64,000 nucleotides of DNA from Iphione sp. A-MEVVRFRX5 (taxonomy: Eukaryota): positions 50,902,001 through 50,966,000 of the forward strand of contig OZ320321.1 in NCBI GenBank assembly GCA_976226885.1, in the 5' to 3' direction. The position numbers and the translations under genes were made by a program. The notes beneath the pieces were generated by a model that was not told where the DNA came from, made no database searches, and saw only the letters and a list, made by a program, of their open reading frames with translations. This document shows positions 39,201 to 50,148 of this stretch, piece after piece. Numbering within the stretch: position 1 is the first letter of the stretch; each line of letters begins with the position of its first letter.

Positions 39201-42200
39201 GTAAAGAGACAGTCGTTATGTACACCATCATGTGATTCTGGCTCCAAGATTGCGAACTACAAATGCAGTTTGACCCGAGACGGAAGTACGGGTACAGGAC
39301 GACGTCGATAAAACATGCCCACCCGGTGCGACATGTAACACCCCACACACTCTTGAAAACATATAACATATAAATGCATATGTCACTTTGAAATACGCAT
39401 CGAACGAACTATTCAATCAGGGTAACGGCAGTCACATCTGCGTGCACATGGTTGAGCGCTGTTTATATAAGATGAGGTCATTTATCATTCTTCTAGACGC
39501 TCCTTAAGCATATTTAACAATATGGACGCATGTTTCTCCTAATTAGACAGTTGAAAATGATGAGGGAGAAAAAAACTCCCTCGCCAAAGTATGATGTGTT
39601 TATGTCAGGAATATGTTCTGTTTTCTATCGCGTCATTTGTATACGGTAACACTTTCTTTATCAATCTGGAAAACAACGTACATGTATTCCTGTTCCCTAG
39701 ATTTGCATTAATTATATTCAAAGAAGACAGAACATCAGCTGCCTTTTATTCCTATAGATTAATAGGCATGCACACAGGACATTGTAACATGTACATGTAT
39801 ATGCCAGTCCAGATGTTTAGCTAGTGACGAACTTCTGACAGATTAAGTGTAAGTTTTTTTTGTACTCGTTCTTTAAGAATTTCAGTACAAGCAAAACACT
39901 TTGTGCCTCGAATTATTTTCCATATCGTTCTATTTGTCACTGCATTGCTGTCTCCCAGTGTTTAACATTAGTAATTCCCTATCGAACACATAAGTCTAAA
40001 AGTCTGCAACCGTCGATTTGTCCAACAGAGGTCCCCACGGTGTTGCTCGACGAAGACCTGAAAGTCTTTACCACCCGAGTTACGGCCGGCAATAGCATCG
40101 AACTCAAATGCGACATCCGCGGCGCTGCCGACCTGGTCTGGAAGAGAAATGGCGGCGCCCTCGGGCCCCTCACCTCCCCTGATATCAAGGTGGGTTGGCA
40201 GGCATGTCGAAGGACGCACGCATTGTCTGATGATGTTTTACCTTCAGCCATTTGGTCTGCCCAAACAGCGGCGGTTTGTTATGCTTATTTGTCATTGACG
40301 AATCGACCAGTGGATGTTTCCTTACCTGTGTTATGGTTGCATATGAACATTTCGTGTTTCCCGTCCCCGCCATGCATCTAGGCTTGTGATTTATGACACA
40401 GCAGTTCTTTGCTGTTACCTTTACAAACTGATCTCCCGATGATTATGTATACTTCGTATCATGTTGTTCAGGGCATTGTTCCCGTGATCTTCCAACATTA
40501 TGCCTTTCGATTTGTTTTCTCTTTAGACTTTTGATGACGGATCGCTATACATCTCTAACATCGGTCTGCACCACATGGGAAATTACACTTGCCAGGACCG
40601 CTATAACGACCACGTCATCCAGACCCACATTCTGCACGTGCAGCGTACGTCTATCTAACCTAATACTTGCTGTTGACTCTTCATATGGACCTTCTTCTTT
40701 TTTAATGGTTTCTTGACTGTTTCGTATAGACACTTAAAGAGCCATAATCCCCCAAAATGATATTCAGCTAAGTCAAATCAACATTAAGTACATGTACTGT
40801 TGGCAGTTACACACTATGACATGGCTTTGATTTTCCGATAATCGTACGAGCCTTTGATGCATGGCACTTTGTTTCATTAGCATCAGTTTGACTAAAAGAG
40901 ATGTTACTATAAAATTTACAAATGGTAAACAGTAGTAGCTTGGGGGCCTGTAAAAACAACAAAGACGGGACAATAAAACAGCACTACTTGAATCATTATG
41001 GTCATTCGACGAGAATATTGTCAAGTAGAACAGATCGCCCCAGCGAGGTGTTTTGCAGCAATATGTGCAAAAATTTGGTAACTGCTCTCGTTGCAGTCGC
41101 CCCACGTGTGCGTGTGAGTCCGTCCACCCAGTTTCACACCTCAGGCTCCTCGGTGACACTAAAGTGCCACGCCGACGGTGTTCCCGAACCGGATATCATG
41201 TGGGAGATGAACGAGTCGCCGCTGAGTGATGACCCGCAGGGACAACACTACTTACGGATGCGTATGTATATCTCAGACATGAGTCATAAGTGGCTGTAAA
41301 AAGCATGATATAAGTAACATCTGCATTTCGCGGAGGCACACAGAAAGCAATCGTATATATACACTTCATGCGGTATCGTATCATTACGCTTAAGGTGATT
41401 TTCATGTCTGAATAACCGAATCTTTCTTTCACATCGTTTTTTATACTGTACAAATGAATATCGGAGAGGGCAATAGATATCTGAGAGACATTTACAGTAG
41501 ACATCTGAGAGAAGTTTACTCACTATTTGTTAAACGCAACCCCCTTCGTGTAATCAAAGTATATTACTCATGTACACTTTCACCGAAACTTCACTACAGA
41601 CAACAATGCAACGCTGGAGATTCGTCGTGCCATCTATACCAAAGATACGGGTGCCTACAAGTGCAAAGCACGCAACAGCGCCGGCACCGGACAAGACATT
41701 GCCACCGTCTTCATCGAGAACTCCAACGTCCCCAAGTATTATACCAGTATGTAGACATTTCAAGCTGCATGTTCTCATTTAACTGTCATCTATCTCTCGT
41801 CCGTAATGTCAGGGAACATAAACTTTTCCGTTTTCCGACAGAAGTGTTATCATAAATGTCCGTGTTTGTATGTGAGACATGTACTCCTTTGCAAGGCAAA
41901 TAGCTGGACTTTACAACTGACCACCCTGCCAAGGCCTTTTGGAAATTTCGAATTTTCCATATACTCTACTTCATATTACAAATGTCTGGGTTTGTGTGTG
42001 TCCTGTGTGATTTACAAAGAAGTTATCATCGCACCTTTCTTTCTTTTTGTTGGTGCACGCCATGACCAAGGTGAGGACCTTTACGAGGTGTTCCTGGTCT
42101 TCCACGACAAAGGCTATACCGCCTACGAGCCCAGCCATTGCCACATAGAGCATCAGGTCTCCGGCTCGTTCAGCATGTTCAAGCTGCTGCCTGAGTACGG

Positions 42201-44680
42201 CAACCCTCTGCCGACCCTCTGCCCGGAGGGCGAACCTTGCTCCTGGGGACATGCCGCCAACGTCCGCAACAAGTTCATTTACATCTCGCAGCCCAAACTG
42301 AACCGCGTGATTGTTATTGAGATCCAGGACCGGTCCAACCCAATAGAGGTAAGAGTCTACGATGAAACGCAGTCTTCAGCATTGATTGTTTCCGCTCTCC
42401 GTGCACTTGTAGAGCTGTTCGCTCAAAAAAGCCAAAAGTAGAGCAGTGAGTTGACTGAGTAGAGCAGTCATTGATTGCAGGGGTCCAGAAAAATATACAC
42501 CTAAGAATCTTCCCATACGTTAGGTTCATCAAAAAGCGTAATGCAGTTACATGTGTGTTCGTCAGCTGTCCTCCATTCGTTGATCCCTGTTATTGGTTTC
42601 CAGGTGATTCCAACAGATAAGGTCCCTGTTCAGGTCGAGTATATCGAGCACCTTGATCAGGTTTGGATTCTGTGCTGGAATGACGAGAATGAGGGTGGAT
42701 CCAAGACCATTGTCGTAGTCCGCCAGGCCTCCGAGGACATGCAACACCACACAGTACACACGCAACCCATTGCCAACAGATTCGATCTCGTAAGATTTTT
42801 TTTGTTAGAACATGTTTTTTCACTTGTTGTTATAATAGATGTATATCTGTGCAATGTGGCATTATAATATAGCGCATTACAGTGTTTCATATTCATGATC
42901 TTTAATGTTGTATCCACTGTGAGAGTTTACATGTCCTCTGTATCATATCCCCCTTGAAGGTTTACATCATTATGCGTCACACTTCTCTTTGTAAATATAT
43001 TCAGGTAAAGGATATGTTCCTACCACCCAACAACGACCTGCAGCATCGCTTCCCCTACGGCTACGTTGTTCACGTGGAACAGCGTGGTCTCTACAAGCTG
43101 GAACTCGCCTCCATGAAGTACGTGAAGAACATCGATCTCAACAAGTATGACTGCGTTCCCAAGACCGTCGCTTTCATCGCTATGGGTACGTTGTGTATGC
43201 TTGGTATGCTCAGGTTGCATAGAAAATAAAAAAAATCTCCTCGGGCTTGTACACTTCGATCGTGAGTAATTTATACTCTTCTAGGTATAGCTCGGTTCGG
43301 TAATATTCTATAAATGATTCCATGGGAAATGGATATCATATTCTCGATTTACCTCTTAATCATGCTTGTTATTATCCCCCTCGCCTGAAATAGTGATAGT
43401 ACTCAAGAAAGGTGCAATGTCGTTGGGTCGCTTTGGTTTCTACTCTCCCTCGCATTTGTCCCTTCCCCTCTCCCTGCTAAAAGGACTATTTTCTCTTTGT
43501 CATGTTAAACATGAAATATTCCATTAATTGTCATTTTCAATAGGCGGCCAGGTGATAGTGCACTGTCAAAGTTCCCAGACTTCCGGTCGGAAGTCCTGGC
43601 AGCTGGTGCTTGATTACGTCACGGACGCCGTACTCTCGGAGACGCAGCTCACCGGAGACGCGTACGTCTCGCCCGACGGACGCTATGTCGTGGTGATCGA
43701 CGATGAAGGCGACACCATCACTGTGCACAAGGTGCTCGACGACGGCACCGTCACTAAGGTCTACGACGAGTACACCAACTTGCACGTCGCCGGCGTCACC
43801 TTCTTCCCGTCGGAGCGCGGCCGCAGCTACGACTTCTACGCCTCGTCTGTCAACAAGAACGACGTTCTCTACATGAACCTGGCCTCGGGCAAGGTCGAGA
43901 TGATTGAAGGTAAGTGCGGTGCGACTATTCTCCTTGCAGTATACGATTCTTCAGTACAGTCACCACAATTAATTGCAACGCGGAAACTTGGAATTAATAT
44001 AGGCTACTGCTCAATCATGTTTTTGAAAAGGCCTAAAGGATTACTCCAAGTAGACACCGTCACGTTAACTGCACCTCCTGGTGAACTGTTAATCTGCTAT
44101 CACAGTAACCAACAAACTTCTCTATCACAAGTCTAGATTGAAGAAATATTTTAAGGCGTGTTACAGGCTCGTCCGCATAACGATGGGTGCTAATAATTAT
44201 TTACATCATGAATTGACAAGAAACGTGCAAGTGTGATATTTAGATGAAATTATCATCGTAAGGCTTAAAGCTGAAAGCTGGAAAGGCTTAAAGCTGAAAG
44301 GAAATTCTAAAATTGGACATTTGAATATAAAGTACTGGCACCTTAGGCAGAATGGAAAGAAACTTGCAGTAAACAAGTGCAAATCAAATTCATTTAAAGA
44401 TCTCCATTGAGATAAATGTGTAGTGTTATCTGCTATGAACACAACAAGTGATCAACTTGGTACGTTAACAGGTGTGGGGCAAGCCATTAAACCTGAGGAG
44501 TGGAAGTGGAGCCGCCATAATCGCGTCATCGTCAGCGGCGGCGTCTTCGGCGAGTACCTTATGACTCCGTCACGTGACTCGATTGTCGTCATTGACGGCA
44601 GGCGGCGCCACGTGCAGTGCGAATGGCAGGACATCGCCCACGGTAACATTATTGTCTGGGTGGAGCCGATGCACTTGTGA
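25722..44680 (+). CDS. FSTL5: Follistatin-related protein 4/5-like gene (12 coding exons found, 2534 nt, 5' exon(s) missing)
   Basis: All 11 introns are GT-AG with consistent phases. The domain order FOLN-Kazal, EF-hand x2, Ig x2 and a long C-terminal region ending ...GGVFGEYLMTPSRDSIVVIDG...GNIIVWV matches, from recall, vertebrate FSTL4/FSTL5. FSTL4 versus FSTL5 cannot be distinguished; probably a pro-orthologue of both. Confidence 0.92.
27140..27212. repeat. (TC)n microsatellite in the large FSTL intron
   Basis: Perfect (TC)26 at 27161-27212, preceded by a C-run and (TC)5. Confidence 0.97.
36405..36695 (+). CDS. FSTL5: FSTL4/5 exon: charged linker plus pre-EF-hand helix
   Basis: ctattggacag|AC...CCAA|GTGAGT, 291 nt, phase 1-1. 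Ends ...LPCTELEYEQLKSNLMQYHCARIGEPDCSSNSP. Confidence 0.88.
36926..37129 (+). CDS. FSTL5: FSTL4/5 exon: two EF-hands
   Basis: tgtgctgcag|GA...TTCC|GTAAGT, 204 nt. Loops DRNSNQVLDEAE and DKQEDGNISLPE. Confidence 0.92.
40029..40189 (+). CDS. FSTL5: FSTL4/5 exon: Ig domain 1, first half
   Basis: tttgtccaacag|AG...AAG|GTGGGT, phase 1-0. Contains GNSIELKCDIRGAADLVWKRNG. Confidence 0.9.
40527..40644 (+). CDS. FSTL5: FSTL4/5 exon: Ig domain 1, second half
   Basis: ttttctctttag|ACT...CAGC|GTACGT, phase 0-1. Reads TFDDGSLYISNIGLHHMGNYTCQDRYNDHVIQTHILHVQ. Confidence 0.92.
41097..41261 (+). CDS. FSTL5: FSTL4/5 exon: Ig domain 2, first half
   Basis: ctcgttgcag|TC...ATGC|GTATGT, phase 1-1. Contains APRVRVSP...VTLKCHADGVPEPDIMW. 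Confidence 0.92.
41600..41746 (+). CDS. FSTL5: FSTL4/5 exon: Ig domain 2, second half
   Basis: cttcactacag|AC...ACCA|GTATGT, phase 1-1. Contains NNATLEIRRAIYTKDTGAYKCKARNSAG (DxGxYxC motif). This frame is absent from the ORF track. Confidence 0.92.
42071..42348 (+). CDS. FSTL5: FSTL4/5 exon: C-terminal region 1
   Basis: The first AG after a pyrimidine tract is ccaag|GT; donor GAG|GTAAGA; phase 1-0. Contains CSWGHAANVRNKFIYISQPKLNRVIVI. Confidence 0.88.
42604..42789 (+). CDS. FSTL5: FSTL4/5 exon: C-terminal region 2
   Basis: ggtttccag|GTG...CTC|GTAAGA, phase 0-0. Begins VIPTDKVPVQVEYIEHLDQVWILCW. Confidence 0.92.
43005..43185 (+). CDS. FSTL5: FSTL4/5 exon: C-terminal region 3
   Basis: atattcag|GTA...ATGG|GTACGT, phase 0-1. 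Contains KLELASMKYVKNIDLNKYDCVPKTVAF. Confidence 0.92.
43544..43909 (+). CDS. FSTL5: FSTL4/5 exon: C-terminal region 4 (beta-propeller-like, YVSPDGRY)
   Basis: ttttcaatag|GC...GAAG|GTAAGT, phase 1-1, 366 nt. Confidence 0.92.
44472..44680 (+). CDS. FSTL5: FSTL4/5 last coding exon
   Basis: gttaacag|GT. Reads GVGQAIKPEEWKWSRHNR...IVWVEPMHL, with TGA at 44678-44680. Confidence 0.92.
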
Positions 44681-47600
44681 AAGCCAGATTTAGGCGGCTT
44701 ACTGAATTGAAACAGCTACCTGAAGAGAGAAGGCATAGGCAAAGCAAATATAAAAGAAGTGCAATAGTTTGTTCTTGCCTTTAAGTCGATTCGGAAGTTG
44801 GGTGTAAATTTGTTGTCTCCCACCTTATAAAATTAGTGTATCTTATGCAAGTCAGCCTTGAAATAATGTATTTATCAACAAGTTTCCCAACATTATCCTT
44901 CAAGCCTTTTCTGACAAAAACACATAAAGTTCTTTTCGGTTCCGTAAATTGGAAGTGGAGGGTATAGATGATAGGCCTAAATCTGAAAGGTTTGGTGGTT
45001 AGTAACAACAGCAGTATGGCACCATAATATACATAAGTGCAAGGTGACCAAGTACATTTGTTTTTCCTGTGTAATGAAGATACTTATATGAAAAGTGTGT
45101 GAGAACATTCCTTCAATATATCACAGTGTTTGTTTTGTGTTCCTTTAGAACATGAAAAGCCTGACAGACTATATATTATCACAAAGAATTGTGATGCGTT
45201 GGTCTTGTATATTCATAAACGTTTTCAGTGCTTTCAAAATGTTGCAGATATGGTAATCTTTCTGACCAACATGACAAAGAAACACTCCATGGCATCGTTG
45301 TCTGGCATAGACCTAGATCAGAACAACTGATTGATCATGCACAGTTCATCCGACAGTTAGCTGTAGCATTTATTCAGCCCGTAAGTTCAATACTGCAACA
45401 TGTATTTACATTCATTTTACTGCTGTCTTCGTACCTGTATTTGGCTCAAATTGTCTCATTCAATATTGACGTGCACCCGTCAGCCTCTACCGATCACGGG
45501 TTAACCTTTGGTTGAGTTAGAGCACAGTGTGAGCGGAGGTGTGTAGACCTCGGCTAACTTTTGCCTAGCTCGTAGAGGTGTGGGTTAAGGACATAACCAC
45601 TGAATGAACAACGGCGTGATGGTTCGTCAAGGTCGTTAGAAAGGTCAGACACAAATAGGATACGGAATGGTAGAGCTAGACACGTAGTAGTTGTAACAGT
45701 AGTATCGAGCTTCACGCATGCATGCAAACCAAAGTGAGAGGACGATAGGCACAAAGATACACACACAGAGAGACACTTAGCCCAGGTTCATTTCCATGAT
45801 GTGTAGAAACGCCTATCGTGAAGAGCAGATGGCGCCGGATCACGTTGGTCACGAGTTCAGTTGCACGACGGACTAACACAGAAATGGTATTCGACACGCA
45901 GGGTCGGTGGTCCCACGTGACGCCTCGAGCGGACATTGCTATTTGCTTCATCTGACTTGACTTAACCTGACTGGTATAGGTAGTGAGTGCTTGGCAGTTC
46001 TGGTCACAGGAACGATGCGTAAATATTGTCAAGAAAAGAATGGACACGATTGAAATATCCATCTTCAAAGAAGGGTACTTTCCTTTGTAAATATATTTAT
46101 ATTGAAACTATGTGGGCCCAACTAGAATTTGCCTTAATGATCGATCGTTTACATACAATGAATATGTTAGTCAACCTTTGTGTGATTAGTCTGTTCTCAC
46201 GTGAAGGCGATTTCCCCTACTGCTTCCTTTCTTATGCCAATCTAAACATCATTGTCTTCGTTAGAAAAAGATACATACACATTTACAATCTCCCACAACT
46301 TGAATATATTTGGTTATGGAATGTCACAGAACAAACTGCGGTACGTTAATATATATATATGCATATATATATATGCATTGTCTTTATCGGAGGTAGAAAC
46401 GCTTAATGTTTTAAACTTCATCAGAAATGTGCATTTTATTAACAAACTTTCTCCTGTACAGTTATCTTTGTGATGTGAAAGGGAGGTGAGAGGAGAACAA
46501 GACTGGAGCCTCTTCGCACTCTGCTATTGTTGAGTTGCATGAAGGCATACATCTCTAGTGTTTTTGCCACTGTTTGCTGATCATTCGAAACCCCCTAAAA
46601 TCTAGGCACACCAGCTCTATAGCTATTCATTGGTATACGAGACGACTCCTTTTAAATGTATTTGATCTCATCACTTCTAAATTAGTTCCAGTCAAGCCTC
46701 TCGGCACTACTATAACTACATGTAATACAACACCATAGATTACATGGCAGTAACCCTCTCCTGTGTTCTCGTCACTTCAAACATTACAATTTGGAGCCAA
46801 AGGTACTAACCCAACACGTCATACTCAGATATTGTTGTACAACGTACATGATTTAGATGTATGCAAACTGATCTAGATAGGATTGAGGAGGAAATGTAAT
46901 TTTCCCTCGGAATGGAAATGCCCTAAACATGTATTTTGGTGGCTTTAGAAACATCGTCATCAGCTTTTAGTACTGTTGACCGATTGATAATGTGTACCGT
47001 CAAGTAAGGTCCGTCTGCCGTGTTGTCATCGTTGGTTTATTTATGCACGTTTTTTTGTAAACCTTAATCAGACGATAGACTTTGAAGATCCCTTCTTTAA
47101 AATCATTCTGTTAAAGTCCTCTCGCTACAAGTCACTTTTCTAGAACCCGATTTTGAACTTTGTGGAAAGTAGCATTCCCTCTAAGTGTTTTAAATCATCT
47201 TTATAACAAAAAAGAAAGAAAACTTGTTTCGCTAACAATAAGTAGCTGGGAAACTTTAACTCTTTTCTCTCGATGAGTCGTAAAAGGGTGAGAGCGAGCA
47301 TTTCCTGGATCGATGTCCGATGATACAAGGAGTTTGATGTGCACTAGTGATAGTAACACATTTTATCATTTAATCTAGTTACACACGTGAAGACCTTTCT
47401 CAAGGAATAGTTAAGAGCTGCTTTTGGAGCAAACAATACAAATGAGGACAATGTGTATACATCACTTGTGCATTAATTCTAGCCTTTGTCTATAGCGGTC
47501 GCCAGAAGTCTGCATTTTTGCACGTAGTACTGTGTTCATCTAGCTATGTATATGTAGTCTAGTCTGTGAGGACTGAGAGAGGTGATTTTGAATAACAGGC

Positions 47601-47837
47601 CGACATTTATCGAACACTGTACAAATTACTCATTTCAGAGTATATTTTTGTTTCCTTCGCCGCGAGGGTGAACTATTTATTTCTTGTGATATGTCGAAGT
47701 TGAGTTGGTTGACGGCGCGTGGTGCTGCTATTGCTTTTTATATGTGTGGACGAGACTGACATGTTCTAGTGTACACGCGTCTATTATATGCCAGTACATT
47801 GCTTTAATTCTTCACTATTCGTTATCAAAGACTGTGA

Positions 47838-47843
47838 AATAAA
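47838..47843 (+). terminator. Candidate polyadenylation signal of FSTL4/5
   Basis: First + strand AATAAA that I found after the stop at 44680, implying a 3' UTR of about 3.2 kb. Confidence 0.3.
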
Positions 47844-48540
47844 ATTAATTCGTGTACACTGAGTTGTCTGCTTTCGTCATTTTTTACCGGGGTGGTTATA
47901 GAGGAGTAACAGAATGAAACAACTGAAGTAAGTGTGAAAACCTTCCAAAAAATATCAGATTTTCTTCCTATACAGGGCTGCAAGTGGAATGGGACATTTG
48001 TCTAATTATATCTGAATGTACCTGCATACCACAACGAATAAATCAGCGTTTTAGATAAGTTCCCTTGACATGAAAAATATGTAATGTATAAGCCATAAGA
48101 AAAATTGTAATTTGATCAAGATAGCATTGGTTTTATTTCTTTTACTTTCTGCTATTGCCGCCTAGCAAAAGGGTCGTCCCATGCCTAAATACTGAGCACA
48201 AGGACACTATTGCAAGAGAACATGTAATTTTATAAATGTACAACAAAGTTTACTTATCACATTGTTTTCTTTGTTTACATCTTTATTTGGCATTCAGGGT
48301 ACCTGAAGATCCGCGTGTTTCAGAGACAAATTACTGGAGAAGTTAGCATGATTGACGATAAGATTTAGTGTGAATTTGTCTAGTTCAGTTCTAAATATTT
48401 CCAGAGGCAGGTCTGTCGTGATTAATTCATTTAGTATCGAGCTTGCAATCTTCAGACCACTTGGTGTACACAAAACAAAGATTATCTGGCACGGTTGAAT
48501 TTGAAAGACTGATCTCTGCCAGGCCACGTATAAATACGCC

Positions 48541-48624
48541 TACATGTACATGTATATATACATGTACACGTACATATGTGTGCGTACATATACATTTATA
48601 CATACATGTACATGTACATACGTA
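48541..48624. repeat. Degenerate TACATG/TACA simple-repeat tract
   Basis: tacatgtacatgtatatatacatgtacacgtacatatg...catacatgtacatgtacatacgtac. Confidence 0.85.
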
Positions 48625-48690
48625 CTACAGATCATGGAGAACCATAACGACTTTCCCCGCAGATCTCGACCTAGCCACTGCACGTACATG

Positions 48691-48871
48691 TACAATCAGG
48701 ATTCCATCTCCGAATGGTCATCGTTGCCAGAAATTCCTTTCGGAATCCTAGTCTGTTTGGATACTGAATCTTATTTGTATCGCTGAAAATCTCCTGTGCA
48801 TCAAGGACATCCACCCGCAAACTCGCAATATGTTCGGATACAGAGCGTTCGGAAATTGAGTCCTGACCGTA
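48691..48871. mobile_element. TA-flanked MITE-like element of about 180 bp
   Basis: TACAATCAGGATTCCATCTCCGAA versus right-end reverse complement TACGGTCAGGACTCAATTTCCGAA. Also visible as YNQDSISE and YGQDSISE in opposite-strand ORFs. Confidence 0.55.
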
Positions 48872-49205
48872 CAAACATTTGAATTGATATGGTGGCATAC
48901 GTCTAGCATGCAGGCTATGGCCACCTGAGGTTCCAGCCTACTTCATAGATTCCGGACAGCACACAGACTGCCCTGACGACCATCTGATATACCGATTGCA
49001 CAGATGCGTTCAGAGGAAAGGCCGCATGTTGCAGATACGTAAGGTGTGGCCCCTATGAGAACACATCAACACTTCTGTATTCCAAAAAATAAACCAGCTA
49101 CATGTAGTTTGCTTCTCGGAAAGTTTCGTTCGCGGTAAAAATATATCATCCAATTCGGAGGGTTAATACAGCAGAGGGGAAAAAATCCCCAAGTAACATA
49201 TATCT

Positions 49206-49211
49206 TTTATT
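49206..49211 (-). terminator. Candidate polyadenylation signal of gene 3
   Basis: Nearest AATAAA on the - strand that I found downstream of the stop at 49665 (about 450 nt away). Confidence 0.35.
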
Positions 49212-49664
49212 ATTCAACGCTCTTCGCTTTCGGACATGAAAAAATATAAAGAGATGTCAGTCCTTAAGTTGATGTGGAATGACCTGTAAGTATCCTTTGG
49301 CCCGTAATTTATCTGAAACAACATGCTATAGCAGTTTCTACTGCTGTAATTTTGCCCGTAATAAAGGTATAAAAACAGGATCTATATTCAATGATTTACT
49401 GTATCACAGAAAAGCATTTACCAAGATGAATTTCGTGAATGGGTTCTTTGTACACACACTATTTATGTTTCAAACATTAACAAGACGTATTTTATCACAA
49501 ACGATTCTAAAATCTAGATTTGACATTAACAAGTAACCTCTCAGGGGGTTCTGTCATATTCTAGTAAATATTTGGTCAAGAGAATGACTGAGGGCACTCC
49601 CGTGGGAGAGACAGAGAATGTCTTCAGGCATTCCCTTCTGTCTCGCCGGATTCCTGATAACCAC

Positions 49665-50148
49665 TTAGTGCAGAGGTGCATATTTGTTCAGAAGCTCCTC
49701 TATCTCCGACCGTCTGCCTCGCTCCTGGGCGGTGGCAGGTGAGATCTCAGCACTAGCTGTGAGAAAGCCATGATCGGTGAGAGGAAAAGCGCGATTGCTT
49801 GCGTTGCGCGTCTCTGGAACGTCAAAACGTCGCGAGTAAACGTCTGATTCCAGCAGTGACCCGCCTGCAGAATATGATCCCAACGGAGTGTCGCGATAAT
49901 CACAGTTATAGCTCCCTGACGACGGCGGTTGAGAGTAACTGCCACGGTACGAAGAGTGTGCGTTTTCCGCCAACGAACTGTATTTCGCCACTAATCTATC
50001 CACTGAGGAACGTCCTCCTTGTAAAGGACTTAGGTCAGGTGACGTGCGTTGGGTCCAAACGTCCTCGTCATTGCCGCTGCACCGGCTGTGGTGTGATGGA
50101 TACAGAGATGTTCTGTGCTCCGACACCAGAGAATGACCACCAGTTCGA
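49665..50148 (-). CDS. Gene 3 last coding exon
   Basis: gatctttcag|T completes the phase-2 codon and is in frame with ORF 49665-50126. Ends EIEELLNKYAPLH-TAA. Confidence 0.85.

Noticed and set aside
37447-44300. Small tandem duplications (18 bp at about 37447, 23 bp at about 44260)
   Set aside because: Ordinary intronic slippage events that do not touch splice sites.
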